Positions 40,151-50,835 of a DNA stretch of 64,000 bases are shown here, piece by piece (within the stretch, counting starts at the first letter, position 1; the number at the start of each line of letters is the position of its first letter). The stretch spans positions 224,001 through 288,000 of the forward strand of contig CAVUZH010000013.1 of the NCBI GenBank assembly GCA_963745835.1, read 5' to 3'. The DNA is from an uncultured delta proteobacterium (GTDB lineage Bacteria > Desulfobacterota > Binatia > UBA9968). Under the pieces are notes generated by a model, which saw only the letters and a program-made list of their open reading frames with translations, did no database searches and had not been told where the DNA came from. The translations under genes were made by a program, and so were the position numbers.

Positions 40151-41242
40151 TCATGCTAAGCCATAGAAGGTTCGGGGATTCTGGCACAGGATCTTCTCGA
40201 CTAAAGCGCCGGGCACATCCTCGCGACCGCGCAGATTGGCGACAAACTGCGGCTCCTTGGAAGGATCGTTATGGCCGTAATCGGACCCAATGATCAACTT
40301 ATCCTCGCCGAGAAACCGCACCAGGTGCGGCAACTCTTCATCGGCCTCGCAGGCTACCCAGAAGCGATACTCACGAAAGAGCTCCTGCGGATCGCTAAAC
40401 CTCCAATTGCTTTGCTGCCGCCGCAACACATGCCAGATGTAGGGCACCCAACTGGCGGCAGCTTCGATGAAACCGAAACGCAAGCTCGGGAATTTTTCCG
40501 GAATTCTATTGTGCACCAGATCACGGAACGCAAAAACCGGCAGCACGCGATTATGCGCGAAGGTGTGATTGCGTTCGATATCGAAGAGCTGCATCAAATA
40601 GCGGCTGCCTGAACCGGTGTGAATACAGATAGGCAGATCGAGCTGCTCCGCCTGGGCATAGATGGAAAAGAAATAAGGGTTATCGAGCGTGAGATTGCCT
40701 TCCATGCCGCGAAAGAATATACCAACCGCGCCACGCTCCTTCGCCCAAGTCATTTCTTTCACCGCCGAATCGACCGCGCGTAACGGCAGGATCGCCACCC
40801 ACTTGAGCCGTTCCGGGGCTTTAGCGCAAGCATCGGCGACAAAGCGATTGTAGGCGCGGCACAGGGCTATCTCCAACTGCGGATCGTCAGTGAGATACAC
40901 CAGAAAAAGTGTCGGATAGATCACCTGTACTTCCACAGCGATTCTGTCCATGTCCTTCAGACGCGCGATGGGATCGGTCAATTCTCGGACCGCCAGGTGA
41001 ATGTCTCCCCTTCCGGCTTCTCTCTTGGCCGCCGAAGGCGTGATCAAACTAAAGCTGCCCTTGCCCGCCGGCTTGGGAAAGATCTCGCCATCAATCAGCC
41101 AAAACGCATTTCGATCTTTGTACCAGGTGTCGTCGGGAATCTTCGCCAGGATAGGCCTGCGCGGATACATCTCTCGATCGATAAATTCCCACATCGCCTC
41201 CGACTCGGCGATATGGGTATCTGCGTCGATCACACCAGCCAT
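40151..41242 (-). CDS. Amidohydrolase_2 family protein
   Basis: MAGVIDADTH, VIYPT, EAAASW, GSDYGHND. Confidence 0.9.
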   Translation of the reverse strand: MAGVIDADTHIAESEAMWEFIDREMYPRRPILAKIPDDTWYKDRNAFWLIDGEIFPKPAGKGSFSLITPSAAKREAGRGDIHLAVRELTDPIARLKDMDRIAVEVQVIYPTLFLVYLTDDPQLEIALCRAYNRFVADACAKAPERLKWVAILPLRAVDSAVKEMTWAKERGAVGIFFRGMEGNLTLDNPYFFSIYAQAEQLDLPICIHTGSGSRYLMQLFDIERNHTFAHNRVLPVFAFRDLVHNRIPEKFPSLRFGFIEAAASWVPYIWHVLRRQQSNWRFSDPQELFREYRFWVACEADEELPHLVRFLGEDKLIIGSDYGHNDPSKEPQFVANLRGREDVPGALVEKILCQNPRTFYGLA

Positions 41243-41275
41243 GATTTCACTCCCATCTAAGAGTTCGTTGAAATC

Positions 41276-41299
41276 GTTCAAGTAGTTCAAGCCGTTCAA
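41276..41299. repeat. GTTCAA short tandem motif (9-nt period)
   Basis: GTTCAA at 41276, 41285 and 41294. Related runs at 45580-45607, 58335-58357 and 59423-59451. Confidence 0.6.
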
Positions 41300-41363
41300 A
41301 TCGCAAGAACGATCGCGCGACTTGATACATCAACATCTTCGGCAGATTATCCGAGCTACTGGG

Positions 41364-42356
41364 CTATTTTTTAAACTTGTCGATAAATCCGCTTTTCTTG
41401 ATTTCTTCCAAGACGCTGCCGTCCAGGAGCCTCAGGCTCTCCGGCGTCTGCCCCTTGGCTTTGGCATTCGTGGCGGCCACCTGTGTAATGATAAATTCCA
41501 GGCCCTTGCGGTCGGGCAACACCATCACGCCGTCACCGTATTTGGCCAGGTAGTAGTCGTAGCCGAGACTGGCATCCTCATCGCTGACGCGGTTGTATTT
41601 CTTCATCAAGGACACTGCCAGCGCTTTGTCTTTGCGCAAAACGAAGTAACTCTCGATGATCGCTTTCATGGCGTTGACGATCTTCGGACGGTTGGCCTCG
41701 AAGTAGCTGCGCTTTACGATAAAGCAATTCTGCGGGAATGCCACACCGCTCTCGGCCAGATCGATGAGCGAATTTAGCTTGAATTCTCTCATGCCGACTG
41801 TGGTGTGCGGTTCGCTTAACAAGGTCGCGTGCACGGTCCCCTGGCTCAAAGCCGCCAGCCGCGTCATATTGCCACCGGTCTGGACGATGGTCACGTCCTT
41901 GGGATTGATGCCGAGTTTTTCCAACGCCACCTGAGTTGCGTAATCCGATGCCGAACCGAAGCGGCTGATGGCGATTCGTTTGCCTTTCAAACCTTCCGGC
42001 GTTTTTATGTCTGGACGAACTAGCAGCTTGTTGGGAATGAAGTTGATGCCGCCAGCGATAATCGTCGCATCGGCTCCCTGCAGATTGGCGGTGATGGCCA
42101 GAGCTCCGGTGGTAAAGACAATATGCAGCTCGTTAGCTAACAACGCCTGCATCGCCGGCGTGCCGCTCTCCAACGCCAGGTACTCGCCGTCGAGGCCGTA
42201 TTTCTGAAAAATTTTCTTCTCGTAAGCGAGCCACAGCAGCGCATGGATCGCAGTCGAAAAACCGCCGCTGGCGGCGCGGAATTTTTCCTGGGCGGCAGAG
42301 CGTAGCGGCAACGCCAACCAACATAACGCGAGAGCGACAGTTAAAATCTTTTTCAT
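41364..42356 (-). CDS. NitT/TauT-type substrate-binding protein (no adjacent permease)
   Basis: Signal peptide, KIFQKYGLD, LKGKRIAISRFGSASD. Confidence 0.9.
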   Translation of the reverse strand: MKKILTVALALCWLALPLRSAAQEKFRAASGGFSTAIHALLWLAYEKKIFQKYGLDGEYLALESGTPAMQALLANELHIVFTTGALAITANLQGADATIIAGGINFIPNKLLVRPDIKTPEGLKGKRIAISRFGSASDYATQVALEKLGINPKDVTIVQTGGNMTRLAALSQGTVHATLLSEPHTTVGMREFKLNSLIDLAESGVAFPQNCFIVKRSYFEANRPKIVNAMKAIIESYFVLRKDKALAVSLMKKYNRVSDEDASLGYDYYLAKYGDGVMVLPDRKGLEFIITQVAATNAKAKGQTPESLRLLDGSVLEEIKKSGFIDKFKK

Positions 42357-42548
42357 AGAATTCCTTTATTCAAGCTCCACCCAGTCAGGTTTGAACACGG
42401 ACAGATTTCACTGTCAAGATAACTCGCCGCAGGCGGCGAGTGCTGCGCTTTAGGGTCGGCTGATTTCTATCAACCGGGCTCGTATGTTGACTTCTTACAG
42501 CCGGCTCACGTAATTAGGTGTAGATCGCGCCGCATGAAGGATCTGTGA

Positions 42549-43556
42549 ATGAAGCGCCATTGGGAAATCGTTCTCTTGAGCCTGGCCATGGCCCTCTGGC
42601 CGTTGTCAAGATTGGCCGCGGCGCAAGAACTTGAGAAGCTCGCCATCGGCCATTCTAACCTGCGCAACGATATCGCCGCGCTCTGGATACCTAAAGACCT
42701 CGGCATCTTCCGCAAGAACGGCTTAGATGCCAACATCGTCCTGATTACCGGCGGTCAACGCATGACTCAAGCGCTCCTCTCCAGTTCCGCCCCGCTGGGA
42801 TTTACCGGAGCCACACCGGTGGTCACAGCCGTTGCCGGCGGCGCCGATACCGTGATGATCCTCGGCATCAATAACAAATTGACTTACGACATTTGGGCAA
42901 AGCCCGACGTCAAAAAGCCGGAGGACTTAAAAGGCAAGACTCTCGCGATCAGCAGCTTTGGCAGCTCATCGCATGTGGCATCGTTTCTCATGCTGCAACA
43001 CTTCAAACTCGATGAGAAACGCGACCGCATCACATTTTTGGCCATCGGCGATGAACCAACTCGGGCGCAAGCGTTGATCGCTGGAAGAATCGACGCTACG
43101 ATTATAGACCCGTCCGTCTCGCTGCAGATCAAAGACCGCGGTTTTACCTATCTCGGCAACCTCGAGCCCCTGGGAGTTCCCTTCGTCAACAACGCGCTGG
43201 TGTCCACTCGCGCATTCCTAAAAGAAAGGCCTCGCGCGGCGGAGGCTGTCGTCCGATCCATCGTCGAAGGCAATGCCTTCATGCTCAACCCGGCCAACCG
43301 GGCGAAAGTCACCGAGATCCTGGCCAAGCATCTCCGGCTAAGCGGCGAGGAAGCCAGACGGACGTATGAAGACTTACTGCCCAAGGTCGAAGCCAGGCCT
43401 TACCCGAACATGGACGCCGTCAAAGCGACGATCGAGATCATGGGTTCGCGCAATCCCAAGATCGCCCGGTTGAAACCGCAAGATGTCCTCGACACTTCGA
43501 TTCTTGAGCGCCTCGAGCAAAGCGGATCGATTCGCTCGGAATCGGCAAAACAATAG
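42549..43556 (+). CDS. NitT/TauT-type substrate-binding protein (no adjacent permease)
   Basis: Signal peptide, GIFRKNGLD, DLKGKTLAISSFGS. Confidence 0.9.
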   Translation: MKRHWEIVLLSLAMALWPLSRLAAAQELEKLAIGHSNLRNDIAALWIPKDLGIFRKNGLDANIVLITGGQRMTQALLSSSAPLGFTGATPVVTAVAGGADTVMILGINNKLTYDIWAKPDVKKPEDLKGKTLAISSFGSSSHVASFLMLQHFKLDEKRDRITFLAIGDEPTRAQALIAGRIDATIIDPSVSLQIKDRGFTYLGNLEPLGVPFVNNALVSTRAFLKERPRAAEAVVRSIVEGNAFMLNPANRAKVTEILAKHLRLSGEEARRTYEDLLPKVEARPYPNMDAVKATIEIMGSRNPKIARLKPQDVLDTSILERLEQSGSIRSESAKQ

Positions 43557-43564
43557 GAGCGAAC

Positions 43565-44662
43565 ATGATTTTTCTTACCAATGCTCACGTTGAGCAGGTT
43601 CTCGACATGCCCACCTGCATTCAAGCGATGGAGGAGGCATACCACGAGCTTAATCAATTGCGCGCCGGTTACCGGCCGCGGATCGATTTCTATGTTCCGC
43701 AAGAACCTCACTACTATCGTTGGGGAACCATGGAAGGCGCATCGCGCAAGCTTGGCGTCTTCGCCATCCGCATGAAATCAGACATGCTGGCGTGGGAAAA
43801 CAAAGACGGCTTCATCGTCGAGGATAAATACTGCATCGAGCGCGGAACCTATTGCGGCCTGATATTTCTCACCAGCACACGCAACGGCGAGCCCTTGGCG
43901 ATCATCAACGACGGTTACCTCCAGCATATGCGGGTCGGCGCCTGCGCCGGGCTGGGAACCAAATACCTGGCGCGGCAGAACTCGAAAGTATTGGCGATGA
44001 TCGGCTCCGGCGGCATGGCGCGGACCTATGCCGAAGCGATCAAACACGTCAAACCCATCGAAGTCATGCGCGTATTCAGCCCGACCAAAGCCAACCGCGA
44101 AGCTTATGCCGCTGAAATGACCGAGAAGCTGGACATGGAAGTGATCGCCGTTGACTCGCCGGAAAAAGCGCTTAAAGGCGCCGACGTGGTTGCCCTAACC
44201 ACCGACTCGCTGGTTCCGGTGATCAAGGCCGACTGGCTCGAGCCCGGAATGCATATCAATAATGTGCGCAATAACGAAGCCGGTCCTGACGTTCTAAAGC
44301 GGGCCGACGTGATCGCCCGCCTCGGCACATCCACTCTGTTCGCCGACCGCAACGCTCCGGAAGTAACCACGGGCAGCGACGGCATGTTCGGCTACATCGC
44401 CGGCAACGCCGAGGAAAAAAACAAGATTCCCTCGGCGCCGCATTACGAAATCGACAACCCGGGGATCGGCACCGTGCCCGATGTGATGGCCGGCCGTTGG
44501 ATTGGCCGCGCCAATGATCAACAGATCACGTTTTTAAACAATCAGGGAACGCAAGGCCTGCAGTTCGCCGCCGTCGGCGGCACGGCTTACAATCTGGCGC
44601 GCGCTAAAGGTCTTGGACATCCGCTGCCGCTGGAATGGTTCACGCAGAATATACGGGATTAG
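43565..44662 (+). CDS. Ornithine cyclodeaminase/mu-crystallin family protein
   Basis: LQHMRVGA, IGSGGMA, WLEPGMHI, GLQFAAVG. Confidence 0.88.
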   Translation: MIFLTNAHVEQVLDMPTCIQAMEEAYHELNQLRAGYRPRIDFYVPQEPHYYRWGTMEGASRKLGVFAIRMKSDMLAWENKDGFIVEDKYCIERGTYCGLIFLTSTRNGEPLAIINDGYLQHMRVGACAGLGTKYLARQNSKVLAMIGSGGMARTYAEAIKHVKPIEVMRVFSPTKANREAYAAEMTEKLDMEVIAVDSPEKALKGADVVALTTDSLVPVIKADWLEPGMHINNVRNNEAGPDVLKRADVIARLGTSTLFADRNAPEVTTGSDGMFGYIAGNAEEKNKIPSAPHYEIDNPGIGTVPDVMAGRWIGRANDQQITFLNNQGTQGLQFAAVGGTAYNLARAKGLGHPLPLEWFTQNIRD

Positions 44663-44773
44663 AGAAAGTTGCAGTGATGGAGAGCTGGAGTTATGGCAAA
44701 AACACTCGAATCTATTTTCTGATTCCCAGCGTTTCTCCCTGACTCGGTACTCCATCTCAAGGAGGATTCATTT

Positions 44774-45568
44774 ATGGCGGTTCTTCGCTACATCGCTTAT
44801 CTCAGCGATGATCCGGAAAAAACAAGCGACTTCTATCGTCGCTTTCTCGGCACCGAAGAACTGGGCCGCTCAGGCGAAGGCGAAATCTCGATTACCGATG
44901 GATTCTACAATCTGACGTTTTTCAAAAGGCGCGCTCAATTAAACGAATTGAAAATGGAGTGCGGCCTGCATCATATCGGTTTGGCAGTCGATGATCTGGA
45001 AGAAAGTAAAGGACGGTTTCTAGCTCTGAATCCGCGCGGCATGATCCTCCAGGAGCCCGACGATATTCATCACGGAGAGATCAGAATTCACGACCCCGAA
45101 TGTTTTCCGGTTAGCTTGTCGACCCGGCAATTCGGCGTGCCGGCTGAAAAAGAAAAGCAGTTCCCCCGGGTCCGTCATATCGCCTACAACGCTTTGGATC
45201 CGGAGATGATGCTGCGCTTCTACACTCAAGTCTTCGGCATGCGCGAGGTGCCGTCAAGCTACCAGCGGCGGCAGCAAGGCCGGGGCAACCGGTTTTGCGG
45301 CGACGGCCAGACCAATCTGGCAATACACCCGTTCTACAACCCCATCGAAGGCCATGAGGCGAAATTCGGCATCAATCATGTCGGGTTTCTCACCAACACG
45401 ATGGAGGCGACCTTAGCCGAATTGCGCAAAGTGTTGAACATCGCGCCTCGCCCATCGACCCGACCCTACGCCGAAGTCCGATTCCGCGATCCGGAAGGCA
45501 ACGCGCTGGATTTGTCGCAGACCAAAGGCTGGGAGGTGGATGTGAACAAATGGGTCAGTGCGGCCTAG
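44774..45568 (+). CDS. VOC/glyoxalase family protein (two domains)
   Basis: GLHHIGLAVDDL, RVRHIA, GINHVGF, FRDPEGN. Confidence 0.88.
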   Translation: MAVLRYIAYLSDDPEKTSDFYRRFLGTEELGRSGEGEISITDGFYNLTFFKRRAQLNELKMECGLHHIGLAVDDLEESKGRFLALNPRGMILQEPDDIHHGEIRIHDPECFPVSLSTRQFGVPAEKEKQFPRVRHIAYNALDPEMMLRFYTQVFGMREVPSSYQRRQQGRGNRFCGDGQTNLAIHPFYNPIEGHEAKFGINHVGFLTNTMEATLAELRKVLNIAPRPSTRPYAEVRFRDPEGNALDLSQTKGWEVDVNKWVSAA

Positions 45569-45661
45569 CGCTCATCAACGTTCAAAGTTTAACCCTTCAA
45601 CGTTCAAAGCCAGAATTGAATCGATCCAGTAGCATTGTGGTACGAAAGCTAATTTGTTTTA

Positions 45662-45905
45662 GCCCGGATTCCGCAGTAGAGATGGATACCTTAGAGTGAT
45701 CGAGGGGCGAGCATGGAGGAGCGAAGGCACAGAAGCGAACAATTTCAAAGCCGTGTATGGTGCTTGCCCTGGGCTGGCAATTTTTTTCAAGCGTCCGCTA
45801 AAGCACTGGAGCTTGCAGGCCACTATCAGCCACAGACCTATTGCCTTGGTTCCGGAGGGTTCGTCCCTTGATCGCTGTGTCATCCTGAACTGCGGGGATT
45901 CGGGT
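45662..45905. repeat. ~245-bp structured intergenic element family B, copy 2
   Basis: Ends CCCGGATTCCGCAGT / ACTGCGGGGATTCGGG; shares GGAGGAGCGAAGGCAC, GAAGCGAACA, AGCCACAGACC and TCCGGAGGG..CGTCCCTT with 17556-17797. Confidence 0.72.
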
Positions 45906-45994
45906 GTAGTTCAACTCCATCGGACAGCCTGCATCACTCGATTTAACGTTGACTGCATGCGCGCACTCTCATCATCGAGAAAGTAGGAGATAAC

Positions 45995-47008
45995 ATGAAA
46001 GGCACAAGAACCATTGCGGCCAGTTTGACGATGCTGCTTTCGTTGCTGTCGCAATTTAAAATTTCTATAGCAGCGTCCGCACCTTTAGAAAAACTTACCA
46101 TTGGCTGGAGCGCCGTCGCCGGCTCGCAGGCGCCATTTTGGATCACCAAGGAGGCCGGCCTGTTCGAGAAAAACGGCCTTGACGTGATCATGATCTACCT
46201 CGACGGCGGCTCGCGAGCGACCCAAGCGATGATGTCCGGCGATCTGCCCATCGCCCAGGTCGGCGGCAACGCCCCTGTCGTCGCCAAGCTTCGAGGAGCT
46301 GACGTAACCCTGATCAGCGGGCTGCTAAACGTTCTCGCCTACAGCATGGTGGTTTCGCCGGAGATTAAACGGCCAGAGGATCTGAGGGGCAAAAAGCTCA
46401 CAGTCAGCCGTTTCGGATCCAATTCGGACTATGCCACCAGAAAGATACTGCTCAAATGGGGCCTCAAGCCCGACGTTGATGTGGCGATTTTGCAGATCCC
46501 CGGCGGGCAACCCACCCGGCTCGCGGCAATTCAAACCAAGCAGGTACACGGCATGGTCGCGCAACCTCCAGTAACCAACATGGCTCGTAAATTCAATATG
46601 AACATTATCGCGCAACCTGAGGATTTCGGCGGGGCTTATCCCACCACTCCTGTCGCATCGCGGGTTTCCTACATCCGGGAAAGGCGCGACACTGTGCGTA
46701 AATTCACCCGAGCCCTGCTCGAAGGCATCCACCTCTATAAGACCGACAAGGAATTCAGCAAAAAAGTGATCGGAAAATATGTCAAGACCAACGATAACGA
46801 CGCCTTGGAGGACAGCTACCAATTCTTCTCTCGCCTGGTGCCGGAGAAACCGTATCCATCACTCGATTCCGTCAAAGAAGCGCTGGCGGAGCTCGGCGAG
46901 AAAGACGCCAAAGCGCGCGCCTCGCGTCCGGAAGATTTCGTCGATATGAGTCTGATCAAAGAGTTCGATGACAACGGTTTTATCGACGGGCTGTATAAAA
47001 AGCGTTAG
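45995..47008 (+). CDS. NitT/TauT-type substrate-binding protein (no adjacent permease)
   Basis: WITKEAGLFEKNGL, DLRGKKLTVSRFGSNSD, KPYPS. Confidence 0.9.
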   Translation: MKGTRTIAASLTMLLSLLSQFKISIAASAPLEKLTIGWSAVAGSQAPFWITKEAGLFEKNGLDVIMIYLDGGSRATQAMMSGDLPIAQVGGNAPVVAKLRGADVTLISGLLNVLAYSMVVSPEIKRPEDLRGKKLTVSRFGSNSDYATRKILLKWGLKPDVDVAILQIPGGQPTRLAAIQTKQVHGMVAQPPVTNMARKFNMNIIAQPEDFGGAYPTTPVASRVSYIRERRDTVRKFTRALLEGIHLYKTDKEFSKKVIGKYVKTNDNDALEDSYQFFSRLVPEKPYPSLDSVKEALAELGEKDAKARASRPEDFVDMSLIKEFDDNGFIDGLYKKR

Positions 47009-47375
47009 TTGGCAGGGTTCGAGATAAGCCATTTAGTACTGTTTGGTAGCGATCTGGCGTGCAATAACGACCAAGGTTTGGACTCAATTCCCTGTCCATC
47101 CGGTTGAGATTACATCTTTACAACCCATCCGCCGCGTTATAGAAAGTGATCTCCTTACTGGTTATTGCTTCAGTTAGCTATCCTGCAGTGATGTCGGTGA
47201 AGATATCGACCGGATCAACCGCCCAGGCGTCAGAACAGCTTTCCTGATGCTGTGGATGTCATGGGAGCTTAGATGTCGAGCATGCTTCTAACCGTCAGCC
47301 CAAATTCCATAGACGGGGCTGCCCAATCATTTAAGCGTCAGTTGTGATCGGTAAAATCTCGCAAAGGCGATACCG

Positions 47376-50300
47376 ATGAACGATCATCGAAGTGCAGAGT
47401 TAAAAGATCAGCGGCTATCTGTCGATCAGGTACTGAACACTTCCGAGCTGTTTCGGCGTACCTCGCGCGCGCCCGAATATGCGGCCGAGAACCGCGCGCT
47501 GACCGCGTTGGCGCAGGCGATGAAGCAATCGTCGCGGACTTTTTTGCAAAAGTTGGCGGACATCGCGCTCGAGCTGTGCCACGCCGACTCCGCCGGGATC
47601 AGCATCCTGGAAGAAAGCGAGCGCGCCCGCGTGTTCCGTTGGTGCGCCGTAGCCGGTCGTTATGCGCCGAACATCAATACGCGGATGCCGCGCGACGGGT
47701 GCCCGTGCGGAACCGTGCTCGAACGGGACTCTGTCCTTCTATTCAATCGCCCTGAACGGCACTTCCTCGCCCTGCGGGAGATGAACTTACCGGCCTTCGA
47801 AAATCTCTCGGTGCCATTTCACAGCGGTGGCGAACCGGCGGGGACGCTGTGGGTTCTGGCTCATACTCCAGAGCGGAAGTTCGATGCCGAGGATGCGCGG
47901 CTGCTGACCAGCCTGTCCCGTTTCGCATCCGCGGCATACGCCATGATCGGCACCGTCGAAGCCGCCGCTTCCAAGCACACCGACGAAGAGTTGCCTGAAA
48001 GCGAAGAGGAATTCCGTGCGGTGTTTGAGCTCTCGAGTGTCGGCCAGTGCCAGGTCGATCCGATCACTGGACGCCTCGTCCGAGTAAACCGCAAAATGTG
48101 CGAGATGACCGGCTACTCCGCGGAAGAATTGACTCAGCGCACAACCGGTGAACTGACGCATCCGGATCATCGCGAGACCACCGCGGTTTTACTGCAGCAG
48201 CTATCGCGCGGCGAGATCCGGGCGATCTCTATCGAAACCAAGTTGCTACGCAAGGATGGCTCGACTTTCTGGAATCACCTCAATGTGAGTCTGCTGCGGC
48301 GCGCTGCGGGGCACGCGCCTCGTGCCACCGCGATTTTCCGCAACATTTCGGCGCGCAAGCAAGCTGAACAAAAGCTGTATGAAGCGGAGGAGCGCTTGCG
48401 ACTTGCCACGCAAGCTGCCGGGGTGTTTGCGTGGGATGTCGATCTATTGACCGGTACGATTAAATACTCAGAGAACATGGCACAGGTGTTCGGTTACGAG
48501 TCACTGCCGGAAAAATACTCATATGCGCACGAAGCAAAGACAGTGATTCACCCGGCCGACCGTGAGCGGGTCAAACAAGCGTCGCAACGTGCCTACGAAG
48601 AAAACGGAACGTTCTCGGCTGAGTTTCGCGCCGAAGCCGCTGGCGGTCGGTATGTTTGGGTCCAATGTAACGGAACGGTTTTGCGCGATGCACACGGCAA
48701 CCCCGTACGCTTTGTCGGCATTGTGCAAAACATCGACGACCGAAAACGAGCGGAACAAGCGTTGCAAGCATCCCAAGAGCGCCTCGGTCGCGCGATACAG
48801 ATAGAAACCGTAGGAGTCACTTTTTTCAAGACCGACGGCACCATCACTGAGGCCAACGACGCCTTCCTGCGTATGAGCGGCTATAGCCGCGGTGATTTGG
48901 AACACGGGCACGTGCGGCGGGACAGGATGACTCCGCCCGAGTGGATGGGGCAATCACTGCAGGCGGTGGAGGAGTTCAATACGAGGGGCCGCACGATTCC
49001 CTACGAGAAGCAATACATTCGCAAGGACGGATCGCGCTGCTGGGCTTTGTTCGCCGCCACGCGGATTGCGGCAGATGAGGGCGTCGAGTTTCTTATCGAC
49101 GTCACCGAAAGCAAACTGGCGCAAGAAAAATTGCGCGAAAGCGAAGAACGTTTTCGCACGATGGCTGACAGTTCCCCGATGATGATTTGGGTAACCGATG
49201 CCGCCGGTCGCATCGAATTCGTTAATCGATCCTATCTGGAGTTCTTCGGGATTAGCCGTGAAAGAGCCGCGCAGCTGGACTGGTCGGAAATTATTGATTC
49301 CGATGATCGAGAATACCTAGAAGAATTCAGGGTTGCGCTGCGTGATCGACAGCCGCTGCACGCGCGGGGGCGGGTGAAACGGCATGATGGTGAATGGCGC
49401 TGGATCGCATCGCGTGGCAATCCACGCCTCGGCCCCGCGGGCAAAGTGACCGGCTATGTCGGTAGTTCGGCGGATGTCACGGAGCTGATCAAATCACAGG
49501 AAGCATTGCGGGAAGCCGACAGACGCAAGGATGAATTTCTCGCGACACTCGCGCATGAGCTGCGGAATCCGCTCGCGCCTATTCGAAACAGCCTGCAAAT
49601 CCTCAGGCTCAGAGGTTCTACCGAGCCGGCCACTGAGCAGGTTTACGAGATAATGGAACGTCAGGTGAATCAGATGGTGCGCTTGGTCGATGATTTGCTG
49701 GAAATATCCCGCATCACGCGCGGTCAAATCGAACTACGCAAAGAGCGCGTTTCACTGACAACCGTGATCCAGAGCGCGGTGGAAGTCAGCAAACCCCTGA
49801 TCGAGGACGCCGGCCATCATCTCGCGATCTCGCTGCCGCCTGAGCCGCTCACGTTCGAAGCCGATCCTGTGCGGCTGGAGCAGATCGTTTCGAACCTCCT
49901 CAATAATGCCGCCAAGTATACCAATCCTGGAGGGCGCATCTGGCTCGCCGCGCAGCGCGAGAGCGATCATGTAGTGATCTCGGTGCGCGATAGCGGCATC
50001 GGCATCTTGCCGGATATGTTGCCCCGTATCTTTGAAATGTTCACGCAGATCGAGCATTCGACCAACCGAACTCAGGGCGGGCTGGGTATCGGACTCACTC
50101 TGGTTCGCAGCCTGGTGGAAATGCATGGTGGCAAGGTCGAGGCTCGAAGCGAAGGTCCGGGTAAGGGCAGCGAATTTATTGTTCGCCTACCGCCCGGTGA
50201 GAACGCCCGAAGCGAAATTGTTCGTGACGGTATGCGGCACTTCGGGAAGCTATCTTCCAAGCGGGTGTTAGTGGTCGATGACAACCGGGATGCGGCCAAT

Positions 50301-50642
50301 AGTCTCGGCAAGCTGCTCAATTTGGCAGGAGCCGAAGCTCGGGCGGTCTACAATGGCTTCGCAGCGCTGGAGCTACTCCCAACGTATCAGCCCGGCGTGC
50401 TGCTAGTCGATATCGGCATGCCCGACATGGACGGATACGAGTTGGCGCGCAGAGTTCGACGAATCCCGGACTATGGAGATCTCACGCTGATTGCATTAAC
50501 AGGCTGGGGCCAGGCCGAGGATCGCCAGCGCTCGCAAGCCGCCGGATTCGATTTCCATCTCACCAAACCCGCCGACTTTGAAACGTTGCAAACGTTGCTT
50601 GATTCGCTGCAAGATCCGCAAAAAAACCGAACGAGACACTGA
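47376..50642 (+). CDS. Cytoplasmic GAF/multi-PAS hybrid histidine kinase
   Basis: N-terminal GAF-like region, four PAS/PAC-like repeats, LAHELRNPL, NNAAKY, GLGIGL, C-terminal receiver DIGMPDMDG. Confidence 0.94.
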   Translation: MNDHRSAELKDQRLSVDQVLNTSELFRRTSRAPEYAAENRALTALAQAMKQSSRTFLQKLADIALELCHADSAGISILEESERARVFRWCAVAGRYAPNINTRMPRDGCPCGTVLERDSVLLFNRPERHFLALREMNLPAFENLSVPFHSGGEPAGTLWVLAHTPERKFDAEDARLLTSLSRFASAAYAMIGTVEAAASKHTDEELPESEEEFRAVFELSSVGQCQVDPITGRLVRVNRKMCEMTGYSAEELTQRTTGELTHPDHRETTAVLLQQLSRGEIRAISIETKLLRKDGSTFWNHLNVSLLRRAAGHAPRATAIFRNISARKQAEQKLYEAEERLRLATQAAGVFAWDVDLLTGTIKYSENMAQVFGYESLPEKYSYAHEAKTVIHPADRERVKQASQRAYEENGTFSAEFRAEAAGGRYVWVQCNGTVLRDAHGNPVRFVGIVQNIDDRKRAEQALQASQERLGRAIQIETVGVTFFKTDGTITEANDAFLRMSGYSRGDLEHGHVRRDRMTPPEWMGQSLQAVEEFNTRGRTIPYEKQYIRKDGSRCWALFAATRIAADEGVEFLIDVTESKLAQEKLRESEERFRTMADSSPMMIWVTDAAGRIEFVNRSYLEFFGISRERAAQLDWSEIIDSDDREYLEEFRVALRDRQPLHARGRVKRHDGEWRWIASRGNPRLGPAGKVTGYVGSSADVTELIKSQEALREADRRKDEFLATLAHELRNPLAPIRNSLQILRLRGSTEPATEQVYEIMERQVNQMVRLVDDLLEISRITRGQIELRKERVSLTTVIQSAVEVSKPLIEDAGHHLAISLPPEPLTFEADPVRLEQIVSNLLNNAAKYTNPGGRIWLAAQRESDHVVISVRDSGIGILPDMLPRIFEMFTQIEHSTNRTQGGLGIGLTLVRSLVEMHGGKVEARSEGPGKGSEFIVRLPPGENARSEIVRDGMRHFGKLSSKRVLVVDDNRDAANSLGKLLNLAGAEARAVYNGFAALELLPTYQPGVLLVDIGMPDMDGYELARRVRRIPDYGDLTLIALTGWGQAEDRQRSQAAGFDFHLTKPADFETLQTLLDSLQDPQKNRTRH

Positions 50643-50835
50643 GCTGCGTCCACGCGCGCACCCGCGGAAGTTCCGAGTCCCTTCGGTTTAAATGGCCGGT
50701 GAGCAAACTAGCTCTGACAAGACCTATGCGTCGCGCCAGAAATTTGTCGTTGACAGTTCTCCATTCCGGCTTATCTAGAGCTTCGATTGTCTGTAGGTCG
50801 TTCCGCGCAGCAGCGGATCACTTTCGCGGCGCTTT

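Noticed and set aside
41276-41299. GTTCAA repeats and the 22501 tandem as CRISPR-like
   Set aside because: Units are too short, there are no spacers of regular length and no cas genes.
47191-47334. Short + frame reading ...EQLS-TGA-CCGCH as another selenoprotein
   Set aside because: No RBS, no family resemblance and no convincing hairpin; probably chance.
47345-47378. ATCGGT..GCAA..ACCGAT hairpin as a c-di-GMP-I riboswitch
   Set aside because: Only a single stem; the second stem and linker of the GEMM motif are missing.
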